Positions 9,559 to 18,937 of a DNA stretch of 64,000 bases are shown one piece after another; within the stretch, counting starts at the first letter, position 1; each line of letters opens with the position of its first letter. The stretch is from a virus: positions 1 to 64,000 of IMG/VR virus record IMGVR_UViG_3300025400_000011; one strand, given 5' to 3'. The notes under the pieces are model-generated. The model was not told the DNA's origin, did not search any database, and saw nothing but the letters and a program-made list of their open reading frames with translations. Made by a program: the position numbers and the translations under genes.

Positions 9559-11115
9559 TTAAGTTATATTACTCTTTATATCAATGTTATCATTTGCATG
9601 TACTCTTAATGCAGTAACGTTGTTTGTGTAATCTCCTTCAGAGAAACTATGTACTACATTGTATACCATCCATTGTCCAAACAGCTTGTTAAAGAACTCA
9701 TCTCTTACACTACCTACATCTGTTTCAATACTTATAAACGTACCCGCTTCTCGTATTGGAGAACCAAATGCTGTAAAGCTCAATGAAGTATTATAATATA
9801 ATGCAGAAGTTAATAAAAAGTTTCTACCTTCTGCAAACCTACTAAGCTTATCTGTACTGTAAGAATAGATGTTTCTTAATGCTAAAGCATCTGTTTTAGT
9901 TTTGTTTAAAGTTATTAATGTATCAGGGTTAGAGTTTATCTTAAGCTTATTAGCGTAGTTAGTATTGACAAACTTTTTTACATTTTGTATATCATTATTG
10001 CTAAAATCTAGTTCAAATATTTTATTTTTTAAATCATTACTATAGCAAGGAGTGTGAATCATGTCTCTAGCGCTATCTAAAGGAGACATATCTGTAAAGT
10101 GTATGTTACGTATGTTGCTAGTAATAGGATCTTTAAAGTTAGCAAAATAACTTTTTGAGTTGGAAGGAGATATTTGTAAGTTGTACAAGTATGTTGCACT
10201 ATCGTCTCCACCAGGCAGTGATAAAGTTATTATTTCTCTTTGTAATGGACCTGCTGTAGCTATAGGCCCTTTCATCTCGATTGCTTTAGAAAAAAAGTTA
10301 GTATATGATATCAGTTTCCAATCATTGTCGTAACGGGTACGAGACAATATACATGGATCAGCTCCACCATCAGTACCTACTTGAGAGCTTACATGCTTTT
10401 TTAACAAATACTCAATCGTATCAGCCCCGGTATAGTTAGCAGGAGCGGTATAAAATATTTTACTAGAACCTACATCCCATTCACTTGTAAATGTTTGTAC
10501 ACCGTATTTTTGTAGTCCTTTTGTAATAGCGCTTTTAATAGCATTACCAGCAGGTACTTTCTTTTGATCGTCGGTAGCATAAGCCGGGTTAATATCTGAA
10601 GGTAACAACTCGTTAGTTGACCAAAGCAAGTTTGTTTCTTGTAGTATTTGATAATCAAACTCCCACAAATATAGTTTAAGTTGTTTAGTTAAAGGTGTTT
10701 CTCCTGGTATATCTTCTCTATCATATACTACAAACTTATACTGCATGCCCCAAGTATTATAATCTATTTTTGCATTAGTAGATAGTATTGCACTGTCTTC
10801 TATTATACGGAACCTTATATATACTATGTCTCTACCATCGTTTCTAAACTTATAATATTGATTAAGGTTAGCATTCGAAAATACCTTCTGTTCAAATATA
10901 TTTTGCGGGTTACGTATAACTAGACTTGCTTTCTTGTACCAACAACGAGTATCTTCTTCTATATCCAAAGTAACCATACTAGCTAAGTCCAGTTGAAACT
11001 GATTACCTTGCGAGTTATCAAAAATAATATCTAACTGATATTTTTGATTATTATAAAGCTTGGTATTAGATTCAGCAGGTGGTCGACCATTAAATATGGA
11101 ATCAAAGTTTGCCAT
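9559..11115 (-). CDS. Baseplate hub protein (gp27/late-control-D-like)
   Basis: Synteny between gp53-like and gp5-like genes. C-terminal GSPIREAGTFISI...GQWMVYNVVHSF...YTN is typical of hub proteins. Confidence 0.6.
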   Translation of the reverse strand: MANFDSIFNGRPPAESNTKLYNNQKYQLDIIFDNSQGNQFQLDLASMVTLDIEEDTRCWYKKASLVIRNPQNIFEQKVFSNANLNQYYKFRNDGRDIVYIRFRIIEDSAILSTNAKIDYNTWGMQYKFVVYDREDIPGETPLTKQLKLYLWEFDYQILQETNLLWSTNELLPSDINPAYATDDQKKVPAGNAIKSAITKGLQKYGVQTFTSEWDVGSSKIFYTAPANYTGADTIEYLLKKHVSSQVGTDGGADPCILSRTRYDNDWKLISYTNFFSKAIEMKGPIATAGPLQREIITLSLPGGDDSATYLYNLQISPSNSKSYFANFKDPITSNIRNIHFTDMSPLDSARDMIHTPCYSNDLKNKIFELDFSNNDIQNVKKFVNTNYANKLKINSNPDTLITLNKTKTDALALRNIYSYSTDKLSRFAEGRNFLLTSALYYNTSLSFTAFGSPIREAGTFISIETDVGSVRDEFFNKLFGQWMVYNVVHSFSEGDYTNNVTALRVHANDNIDIKSNIT

Positions 11116-11492
11116 TAGCTAGGTTGATTTATTTTTTGTAGCACACTAGACACGTAATCTGGAGTTAAAATTTTCAGCTTGGTGCCAGCTTTAGGAAACT
11201 GTATAGGGTTTTGTATATTATTAATACAACATATTAACCACCATAAACCAGGTGCATTGTAAACTTTTTGAGCTATTAACGTCCAGGGCATATTATCTGT
11301 TGTTACTGTATATACCGTGTAAGTAGCAGCGTTTAAGTTTTCTGGTATATTAACAGTACCTATTAAGTTATAAAAGTAGTTCTGTATGTTAGGATCATAA
11401 ACAGTTTCACTATACACATTAAATAAGTTTTCTAAGTTTATTAAACTTAATGTAGGTAATGTAGATACATTATTTTGTTTTTGTCCGTCCAT
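11115..11492 (-). CDS. Baseplate wedge gp53-like (LysM-like) protein
   Basis: DNMPWTLIAQKVY..PGLWWLI...NNIQNP...PKAGTKLKI motif. Confidence 0.75.
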   Translation of the reverse strand: MDGQKQNNVSTLPTLSLINLENLFNVYSETVYDPNIQNYFYNLIGTVNIPENLNAATYTVYTVTTDNMPWTLIAQKVYNAPGLWWLICCINNIQNPIQFPKAGTKLKILTPDYVSSVLQKINQPS

Positions 11493-11493
11493 A

Positions 11494-12930
11494 TTATGGT
11501 CCTAGTCCTGAGGATTTGAGAGCTGATCGTAAATTTGCTACCGCTGCAGCTGCTGCATTTTGTGCCGCTACATTAGCATTGTTAGCTGCAGTAGCTTCTC
11601 CTGCAGTACCGTTTATTACTGTATTATTGTAATTACTTTGAGTTTCTTCCGCAGCTTTTGCAGCAGCTGCAGCAGCATTAGTTGCATCTTCTAGATTTTT
11701 TGTTAATGCTTGTTTTGATTGATTGTTTTGATCAGGAGAAGTTATTACATTTATTTTTGCTCCTGAATCAGTCTGATCATAGTTATAATAAAATAAATTA
11801 CGAGAATTTATTAATAAACTTTGTATGGTTATAGTAACCTTGTAAGCTTCCGGTATTATTTTTACATTTTTACTAGATTCCGCTTTATTTACCGACATCA
11901 TTTCACCGGTAGTTATATCTACTAGTCTTGTAGTACCTAGATTGTCTACTTTTAATCCAGAAACAACTGCTACTGGGAATCTTTTAAACCCTGGTACTGT
12001 TACATCATAAATACAAGGTGGATCCATCCTGCTTAAAGATTTTCTATTAGGCAAGTTTTGATAAGTCAATGCAAATAAAAAGTTCCAGTTATCTAATATA
12101 TCAGAAACTTTTTCAGTGTTAAACAAATAAAACGTAGTAGTTATTGTGTCTCCGTTTTCGTTTGGTGTAAACATTTTTATAGTTTCTTTTGAAATGCCCG
12201 GTGCATTTAAACTAGCTAACGTCTCGGCTGGGGCAGCAAACTGTTCATAAGTTAATCCTGCACTTTGTATTTGACCAAGTATATCAGTTGCGATTTTACC
12301 TGTAAATCCACCACTCTTAAATATAGCCGCTTTAGCTAAAGCAGTCACAAGATTTTTATCGTCAACTTTAGCCCAGGATCCTAAGACTGAAGTCATATTT
12401 TGTGAACTCAAATAAGGTAAAACGTACTCATTGCCTGTAACTTTACCTTGATATAAACCATAATAAGGGTCGGTTTCACTAAAGCCGCCTGGTTGCGCGG
12501 TTCCATTATTTTCTCCTACATATTGATTTAGGTTGTTTATTGCGCTGTTAGCAAATAGCGTAGCTATATTACTTTCAATGTTTTGATCAACACCTGCGAG
12601 ATCTAATTGAGATTGGGTTTGGGATAAAAATAGTTTAAAAGCATTTAATTGAGAACTAGATGTTAGATTATATTCTATCATTTTTATTCTCGGTACATAC
12701 TGCCTTACATCATCAGTAGTGGAACCTAAATTTAATGCCCAGTTCCAAGAACCATGTACATCCCACTTACCAACATTTAACAAAGATTTTGCTCCTGTCC
12801 CCGCTACAGATACTCCCCCGGTGCTTTGCATATCTGCAGTTATGCTATTAGCCGCATCAAGTTGTTGAGTTTTTGTATCAACATCTGGACTATACCCAGC
12901 AACTGAATCTTGAGGAAATAAGTCGGCCAT
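11494..12930 (-). CDS. Baseplate-tube junction protein (gp48-like)
   Basis: Synteny. TTTFYLFN...YQNLP...DPPCIYDVTVPG...VVSGLKVD...IPEAYKVTITIQ resembles tube-fold cap proteins. Confidence 0.5.
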   Translation of the reverse strand: MADLFPQDSVAGYSPDVDTKTQQLDAANSITADMQSTGGVSVAGTGAKSLLNVGKWDVHGSWNWALNLGSTTDDVRQYVPRIKMIEYNLTSSSQLNAFKLFLSQTQSQLDLAGVDQNIESNIATLFANSAINNLNQYVGENNGTAQPGGFSETDPYYGLYQGKVTGNEYVLPYLSSQNMTSVLGSWAKVDDKNLVTALAKAAIFKSGGFTGKIATDILGQIQSAGLTYEQFAAPAETLASLNAPGISKETIKMFTPNENGDTITTTFYLFNTEKVSDILDNWNFLFALTYQNLPNRKSLSRMDPPCIYDVTVPGFKRFPVAVVSGLKVDNLGTTRLVDITTGEMMSVNKAESSKNVKIIPEAYKVTITIQSLLINSRNLFYYNYDQTDSGAKINVITSPDQNNQSKQALTKNLEDATNAAAAAAKAAEETQSNYNNTVINGTAGEATAANNANVAAQNAAAAAVANLRSALKSSGLGP

Positions 12931-12938
12931 AATATTAC

Positions 12939-14771
12939 TTAAGCTAGAGCTCTCCTTCTATATAACATAGTATCCGTTATTATACGCGAATTGGTTATAG
13001 GGCTACTATTTGTTGTTATATTAATACTACTATTATTATTAGTACTGCTACTACTCATAACACCAGCTGTATTTGCTGTAGCAGGTTGATTAACAGGGTT
13101 TTTTAAGTTATTTTCTAACTTACTGCTTATATCAAGCAAAGTTTTATTAACTTCACTTAATAACATATTAGAATCATTATTTATATTAGTTACGTTTGAA
13201 ATAGTTTTAAGCTCTTCTGAAGGTAAAGCTGTTACTGTGGTTTGCTTATCAGTACTAGTAGAAGAAAACAGAGAAGTAAGTTTTTCTATTGCAGGGGTGG
13301 CTGCAACACTATCAGTATCTTTTATTTTATCATTAGGTATTACAGTACCATTATTACTTGGAACAAATACTTCCGGTCCTTCTTCTCCTACCACAATAGG
13401 TACGTCTTTTTTTATATCCCCACCTTTTGCAGCACCTCCCAGCGTTGACATTTCTTCGTATGTCCAAGCACTAGCAACATCTGCAACTGGGTTTTCAGGT
13501 CCGCCCAATAAAAGATTTGTAGCTGCTGAAACAAGCAAAGGTAATAACATTTGCGTAGCAGCTTTACCTGCTCCTTGCTCAATCCCAGTTAAAATGTTAG
13601 TATTTAAACTAGAGTTTGGCGATTGATTTCCTTCTTGTTGTTCTTTACCTGAGTCTTTACCTGATGAAGTAACATTTCTTAAAGTGTTTATAAAAGAGAC
13701 TGGAGTTGCCGGTTCCTCTTCAGGTAATACTTCAAGTTCTCCTGGCCTTGGTGCTTCAGGTACAGATGTGCTTACCGTCTCAACTGAGGATGAGGGTACC
13801 TTACCTGCTGTAGAAGTATCATTTTCACTTGTTAATGAACGCTTTTCTGTTAATGCATCTTTTATTGCCGCTGCCAAGCTGTTTAATACTTCTGGCTTAA
13901 TATCTACTATTGAAACTTTTATCTCTGATGCTTCTTCGCTAAGAATAGCGTTATCTTTTGTTACTGCTTCAGACGAGCCTTCGTTTTCAACATTGTTTAC
14001 TGATTTTTTGTTTTTACCTCCTAGACTATCTTCCCTATTAACTGGTACTATAGACATATCAGTCTTAACCGATTCTCCTGTATTATTTAAATTGCTTTCC
14101 GGTATTATATCTCCTGACCAATAAGTTTCGTAAGCTTTTTTTCTGTTTTCATTAGTCTCGTCGCTTTCCCGTCTCTTATTCTCTTGTTCATCTCTATCTT
14201 TATAAATTTGCTCTCTTGCTCTTTTCAGGTCATCAGCTTTCTCTTTTTCTTTCCCTGCAAACATGCCTGTTATACTGTTTATTACAGATTTGTTTACAGA
14301 TTCTAATATTTCTTTACCGCCTAAAAAGCTTAATATACCTTGTATAGAGCTTGGTATATATCTACTAAAAAACCCCTCTACTTGACTTAACCTAGATTTA
14401 GTTGCAGTTTCTACATCTTGGAGTTTTTCTTTTTCTCCGCTTTTTTCAAAGTTTCTTTCCTTTTCCGATAATATTCTTAAAGCCTCTCTTATGACTTGAT
14501 CCTTTTCGTATATTTCTTCTAATCTACCTTCTTTATCTGTAGTAACAAAAGAAGATGCACCAGAAACACCAGATATACCTTCCTTAACACCAGTAGCAAC
14601 CTGCTTACCGATCTTATCTACTTTTTCGTTTAACTCTCCTATTAAATCAACCAGGGATTTACTTTGTGCACCTAACTTGCTACTTTTAGTTAAAGCATCC
14701 GCAAGCTTACCTATTGCTTCAGTTAAAGAAGCATTAGACTCTAATACCTGTTGATCAGTCTCTTCGGACAT
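12939..14771 (-). CDS. Tape-measure-like / baseplate hub protein
   Basis: Helical, low-complexity protein with AKGG....PIVVGEEGPEVFVP..NGTVIPN, a motif common at tape-measure C-termini. Confidence 0.55.
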   Translation of the reverse strand: MSEETDQQVLESNASLTEAIGKLADALTKSSKLGAQSKSLVDLIGELNEKVDKIGKQVATGVKEGISGVSGASSFVTTDKEGRLEEIYEKDQVIREALRILSEKERNFEKSGEKEKLQDVETATKSRLSQVEGFFSRYIPSSIQGILSFLGGKEILESVNKSVINSITGMFAGKEKEKADDLKRAREQIYKDRDEQENKRRESDETNENRKKAYETYWSGDIIPESNLNNTGESVKTDMSIVPVNREDSLGGKNKKSVNNVENEGSSEAVTKDNAILSEEASEIKVSIVDIKPEVLNSLAAAIKDALTEKRSLTSENDTSTAGKVPSSSVETVSTSVPEAPRPGELEVLPEEEPATPVSFINTLRNVTSSGKDSGKEQQEGNQSPNSSLNTNILTGIEQGAGKAATQMLLPLLVSAATNLLLGGPENPVADVASAWTYEEMSTLGGAAKGGDIKKDVPIVVGEEGPEVFVPSNNGTVIPNDKIKDTDSVAATPAIEKLTSLFSSTSTDKQTTVTALPSEELKTISNVTNINNDSNMLLSEVNKTLLDISSKLENNLKNPVNQPATANTAGVMSSSSTNNNSSINITTNSSPITNSRIITDTMLYRRRALA

Positions 14772-14802
14772 AAAAATACTTAGGTATTAAACTGTCCTTA
14801 TG

Positions 14803-15561
14803 TCACTCGGATAAAAAGAAATCCGCGTTAATAAAGAACTGTACCTCTGTATTGTCGTTAGCTAGTGCTTTAGTAGCATTATCTTGTATGCTTGTTACTT
14901 TACCTGCAAAACTTTGCATAGAAGTAAGAACAGTAGCTGGTAACTGCTCTATTAAAGTTATACGATCTTTATACGAAAAAGAGCTAAAGTTTAAATCTGT
15001 GTCCTCGCTTTCTCCTACTATCCAGATGTTTTTAATATATTTGCATAGACTGTTTAAAATAACTTCTTGAGTGAGCATATCAACAGTTAGAGTTTTAGGC
15101 TCTAAATTACCTCTTAACTCTTTTTCCATGTTATAAGCATCTTCAAGGGTAGGTACTTGTACTTCTATTTTTACTCCACTATTAACAAATGTTTCATTAA
15201 CCGGTAATGTTACACTAGTAGCTGCTTGTATACAGTTACTAAAGTCAGCATTTTTCTGTTTTATAGTTGTACCTAGAATATCTTTTCTTAGTGCAAGCAA
15301 TACAAAAACTCTGTCAATAATGGTAAGCTGCTTTATAACATCTGGTTCTAGACAGTTATCTTTAATAATATCATGTGTTAATATAAAAAACTTTGTATTA
15401 TATATTACATTATCTCTAACACAGGTGTACAGGCTTTTATGTTGTTTAGCTGTAACAGGTTTAAACTTTACACTTCTTTGTAGTGTAGGCAAATAAACAT
15501 CGATAGAGTTTTTTTCAGCAAGGGTATTAAGACTTGCTAGGAAATCATTTACATTAGGCAT
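14803..15561 (-). CDS. Baseplate hub assembly protein (gp26-like)
   Basis: VYLPTLQRSVKFKPVTAKQHK...LTIIDRVFVLLALRK pattern. Confidence 0.6.
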   Translation of the reverse strand: MPNVNDFLASLNTLAEKNSIDVYLPTLQRSVKFKPVTAKQHKSLYTCVRDNVIYNTKFFILTHDIIKDNCLEPDVIKQLTIIDRVFVLLALRKDILGTTIKQKNADFSNCIQAATSVTLPVNETFVNSGVKIEVQVPTLEDAYNMEKELRGNLEPKTLTVDMLTQEVILNSLCKYIKNIWIVGESEDTDLNFSSFSYKDRITLIEQLPATVLTSMQSFAGKVTSIQDNATKALANDNTEVQFFINADFFLSE

Positions 15562-15582
15562 AAAAATACTTACCCGGTATTC

Positions 15583-16503
15583 TTAGAATCCTAGCTCTGA
15601 GTTAGGTGTGCTAGTCGGTGGATTAAATCCAGGTGAAGGGTTTTGAGTATTATTTTTAGCAGCTTCAGCTTTATCCTGCATAAAGTACATCCAATAAACC
15701 TGTATTTCAACAGGAGTAATACTATCTACGTATTCTGGGGTAAAATCTAAATGTTTAACAGCATTGTATAAAGTTCTATAAATGTTGTTTAAGTTCTCTG
15801 TAAACAAGAACTCGATCATCTTTTGTAATACTTCAAAAGTAACACTACATGAAAGTCTCAACAACGTTTTATCATTTGTAGGATCCTTTACTAATATTAG
15901 GTCTATTAAGTTAAGTTCTTCTTCTTTAGCAACTATACTTTTTATAAGCTCGTTTACAACGGATTGAGGTAATGAGTTTATAATCATTGTTCTTTCGTTT
16001 AACGGAAAATCCTTAAAATCTACATTTAGGGTATCTGTCTTTATGTTATCTATATAAGACGCTAATACTACAAGTATATCTTTGTTATTACTAAGAAAAA
16101 CATGTTCATCTCTCACTTTATAACTAGAATACTCTACAGCAATGTCATCTACAGTTACCTTACCGGATTTATTAATATTTTTAACCTTGGTAATGATAGT
16201 ATCAACTGGTATTGTATAGTTAAAGGTAGTTTTATCCGGTAATGTACATTTTAACTTTAAATCCGGACTAACACAGTAGTTGCGTACAGTCAACAGCAAA
16301 TAAAGCTTATCTTCAAACGTTATATCTTTACCAACTATATCCGGACAAAGATCCTCTAGTATAGAGTTGTATTGTTGTAAGGTTTCTTTCTTATCAGTGT
16401 TGTATAAGCTTTTAACAAGCTCTCTATATTGTTTATAACAGAGCTCTTTTATCTGTACTTCTAGTTGTTTACTAGGGAGATAAGCATTTAACTTAAAAGG
16501 CAT
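15583..16503 (-). CDS. Second gp26-like hub protein with gp51-like C-terminal tail
   Basis: YLPSKQ.EVQIKEL...ITFEDKLYLLLTVRNYCVS, paralogous to the neighbouring gene. C-terminal HLDFTPEYVDSITPVEIQVYW resembles gp51-type chaperone segments. Confidence 0.55.
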   Translation of the reverse strand: MPFKLNAYLPSKQLEVQIKELCYKQYRELVKSLYNTDKKETLQQYNSILEDLCPDIVGKDITFEDKLYLLLTVRNYCVSPDLKLKCTLPDKTTFNYTIPVDTIITKVKNINKSGKVTVDDIAVEYSSYKVRDEHVFLSNNKDILVVLASYIDNIKTDTLNVDFKDFPLNERTMIINSLPQSVVNELIKSIVAKEEELNLIDLILVKDPTNDKTLLRLSCSVTFEVLQKMIEFLFTENLNNIYRTLYNAVKHLDFTPEYVDSITPVEIQVYWMYFMQDKAEAAKNNTQNPSPGFNPPTSTPNSELGF

Positions 16504-16509
16504 TGCCTA

Positions 16510-17166
16510 TTAACTTATCGAGTATGTAGAATATAACCACGTGGTTTTTATACTACGAACACCTGCTTTAGAACCACCGTAGTTAAAGTTTGCAGCTGCA
16601 ACACTTATCGGTACGGCGTTTTCGTAATAAATTCTTTTACGACTTACAAAGTCAGAATCACTACCTTGTTTATCTAAAAAATTAATAGTAATATTTGTTT
16701 TAAAATTTTGATTTTGTGCAGACTGACTGCTATCCCTTGCAAACAAACCAAAATGAGATGCATTAATAATCCATGGTCTTATAACGTTATCAACAAAAGA
16801 TTGGTTCGTTTCTAGAAAGTCTATTTCTAAAGGTACTAAATCAGTACGACCGTTCAGTACAGGGCTTGATAAAAGACCACCATACAGGGTTTCACCGCTA
16901 GCCGAGAATCCTGCTCTACCAGCTTTTATTGTTTCTCCTGGTAAAGATACTCCGTTTGCAAAAAAGATATCATTATCTGGTATCTTAGACCACAAATTAG
17001 CCACCCCGCTGGTTTGATCTGGTACTTTTGCAGTTGATAAGTTCGGAATTATTCTTTCTTGTAAGTCACTAAACCCTACAATAAAATTCGCTTCAACAGG
17101 TATATGAAAGTTAGGGTTTGACAGTACTTGTGTCAGAAACGTATTTATATCTGTTATACGATTCAT
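16510..17166 (-). CDS. Tail-tube-fold protein (gp54/gp19-like)
   Basis: VSLPGE...IDFLETN...IRPW...YENAVPISV...NY...TTWLY tube-family pattern. Confidence 0.6.
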   Translation of the reverse strand: MNRITDINTFLTQVLSNPNFHIPVEANFIVGFSDLQERIIPNLSTAKVPDQTSGVANLWSKIPDNDIFFANGVSLPGETIKAGRAGFSASGETLYGGLLSSPVLNGRTDLVPLEIDFLETNQSFVDNVIRPWIINASHFGLFARDSSQSAQNQNFKTNITINFLDKQGSDSDFVSRKRIYYENAVPISVAAANFNYGGSKAGVRSIKTTWLYSTYSIS

Positions 17167-17167
17167 T

Positions 17168-17794
17168 TTAAATACCTAATAATGAATTAGCTGTTATAGC
17201 TTGATCAGCAGATGTTTTCACCAAGTTTGCTTGTACTGGTAATGTAGTCCAGTTTTGATAGCCGAACACCACTTTTAGTTCTTGTATCTTACCACCACCA
17301 GACACATCATATGTTTGACTAGGTACATCTATAACAAATAAACCGTTTATTTTATAACTAGCTACTTTTTGAAGACTATCATTATAAACTGAAATTTGTG
17401 CGTAATCATTATCGTTAGGTATATGATTTGATGAATTAGAAGTATTAGAAGCTGATTCAATAAGTCTGTTTTGTAGCCAAGTTTTAAATATTAAGTTTTG
17501 ATCTGTATAGAAAGTAACTGCCCAGTTCTTACTATCACCGAAATCTCTTGTACCAGGGGCATGAAAGTCTACCCCTTGATATTTTACAGAAGCGACTGCT
17601 TTTTTAACGCCCGGTATAGTAAAATCTTTTATATACAAAAGAGGTGCTTGTGTGTCTGTACCAACACCTGGAACTACAAAAAATTTATTGTTAATCGAAA
17701 TACTATCTACCCTAGCTTGAAAATCGCGTGAGAACCCGTACAGTTGTATTGCGCGGTAAAAAGCATTTAAATCTTGGGAAGTGTAATCCGACAT
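17168..17794 (-). CDS. Tail-tube paralogue (start revised to ATG 17794)
   Basis: MSDYTSQDLNAFYRAIQLYGFSRDF parallels MSQTIQDFYRVAQQRDFARDY of the tube gene. Y.G.DF..PGT and W.VTFY.D motifs. TAAGTA lies 5 nt upstream of ATG 17794. Confidence 0.7.
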   Translation of the reverse strand: MSDYTSQDLNAFYRAIQLYGFSRDFQARVDSISINNKFFVVPGVGTDTQAPLLYIKDFTIPGVKKAVASVKYQGVDFHAPGTRDFGDSKNWAVTFYTDQNLIFKTWLQNRLIESASNTSNSSNHIPNDNDYAQISVYNDSLQKVASYKINGLFVIDVPSQTYDVSGGGKIQELKVVFGYQNWTTLPVQANLVKTSADQAITANSLLGI

Positions 17795-17795
17795 A

Positions 17796-18326
17796 TTAAT
17801 ACTTACTATCAAAATATTGGAATGCTAAAGTAACCGGAACCTTAGCTACAGTTGTACCTGCATCAGATACATTATATTCCATACTACCTATTAAAACTGG
17901 ATACACTCCGTACAGAGTAAAAGCTTTTTTTGTAGAACCTTTATCATCGTTTATTGTTATTTCTAGGTTACAGTTACCAAAACCTAAGTTACCACCACCA
18001 TAATTATTTGTAAACTTGTATGTTGCTTCACTCCAAGTGTCAAAGAGCCTTCTAATTTTTAATTTTTCATCTGAAAAAAAGTTTACTTTCCAGCTTTCAT
18101 TCTCCGGAAAAGAAGTATTGGTTGGAACCACAAAATCAAAAGCTTTGTACGGTACTTTTGTTGTATTTGTCTTTCTTGAGGGTATAGTAAGAGATTCTAC
18201 ATACAGCCATTGTTTAGCATTAAAACTTACCAAGCTTGGCGGACCTTGAAGATCAGTCACTTGGAAGCTATATTTTTTGCCGAATCCAAAATCTTGAACT
18301 GCAGTATTAAAATCCTGTAATGCCAT
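17796..18326 (-). CDS. Tail-tube paralogue (gp19 family)
   Basis: TIPSR...W.VNFFSDE...IRRLFDTW...LYGVYP..IGSMEY...VTLAFQYF. Confidence 0.75.
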   Translation of the reverse strand: MALQDFNTAVQDFGFGKKYSFQVTDLQGPPSLVSFNAKQWLYVESLTIPSRKTNTTKVPYKAFDFVVPTNTSFPENESWKVNFFSDEKLKIRRLFDTWSEATYKFTNNYGGGNLGFGNCNLEITINDDKGSTKKAFTLYGVYPVLIGSMEYNVSDAGTTVAKVPVTLAFQYFDSKY

Positions 18327-18350
18327 ACTAATACTTAAGCTTAGAACAAT

Positions 18351-18376
18351 AAAAAACCCGACTTTGCAGTCGGGTT
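18351..18376 (-). terminator. Rho-independent terminator after the major tube gene
   Basis: Minus strand AACCCGACT-GCAA-AGTCGGGTT-TTTT. Confidence 0.85.
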
Positions 18377-18395
18377 AATAACAAATAACTACTGA

Positions 18396-18917
18396 TTAAC
18401 CTCTTGTCCAGTAGTGATATGCTAATGTAGCAGTAAACGTTAAAGGTTTACCAGTACCAGCAGTATCATACTTTAGTTCACCGAGCTTTTGTACATATGC
18501 TCCGTATAGGTTAAAAATGTTAAGAACATTGAGTTTATCGTCTACTTGATGTAGTTGGATAAGAGATTCAGGACCTCTTACTGATAAGTCACCTGTGCTT
18601 GTAGCATCATTGAATACTTGACCTCTTTGCCAATCTTCAAGTTTGTTACGAAGAACGTTAGCTTTATCAGCACGGAACTCAATATTCCATCCATTGCTTC
18701 CTGGGTACTTTACAGTGCCTGGGAAGTTAAAATCTAGACCCATATAAGTAGCTGTTTGGTTTTGAATGTCTCTAGAAGGTAGTGTAGCAGTAGTAATGTA
18801 AACGAAATCGTCTTCGTTGAACGTGTTATTACCGATAGAAACTACCCGTAACATGTAGTCACGTGCAAAGTCTCTTTGCTGTGCTACTCTATAGAAGTCT
18901 TGTATTGTTTGTGACAT
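18396..18917 (-). CDS. Major tail tube protein (gp19-like)
   Basis: Directly downstream of the sheath gene. ATLPSR...YMG..FNFPGT..Y....W.IEF..D...LR..LEDW...TFTATLAYHYW. Confidence 0.85.
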   Translation of the reverse strand: MSQTIQDFYRVAQQRDFARDYMLRVVSIGNNTFNEDDFVYITTATLPSRDIQNQTATYMGLDFNFPGTVKYPGSNGWNIEFRADKANVLRNKLEDWQRGQVFNDATSTGDLSVRGPESLIQLHQVDDKLNVLNIFNLYGAYVQKLGELKYDTAGTGKPLTFTATLAYHYWTRG

Positions 18918-18937
18918 ATTAAATATTTATGTTAAGG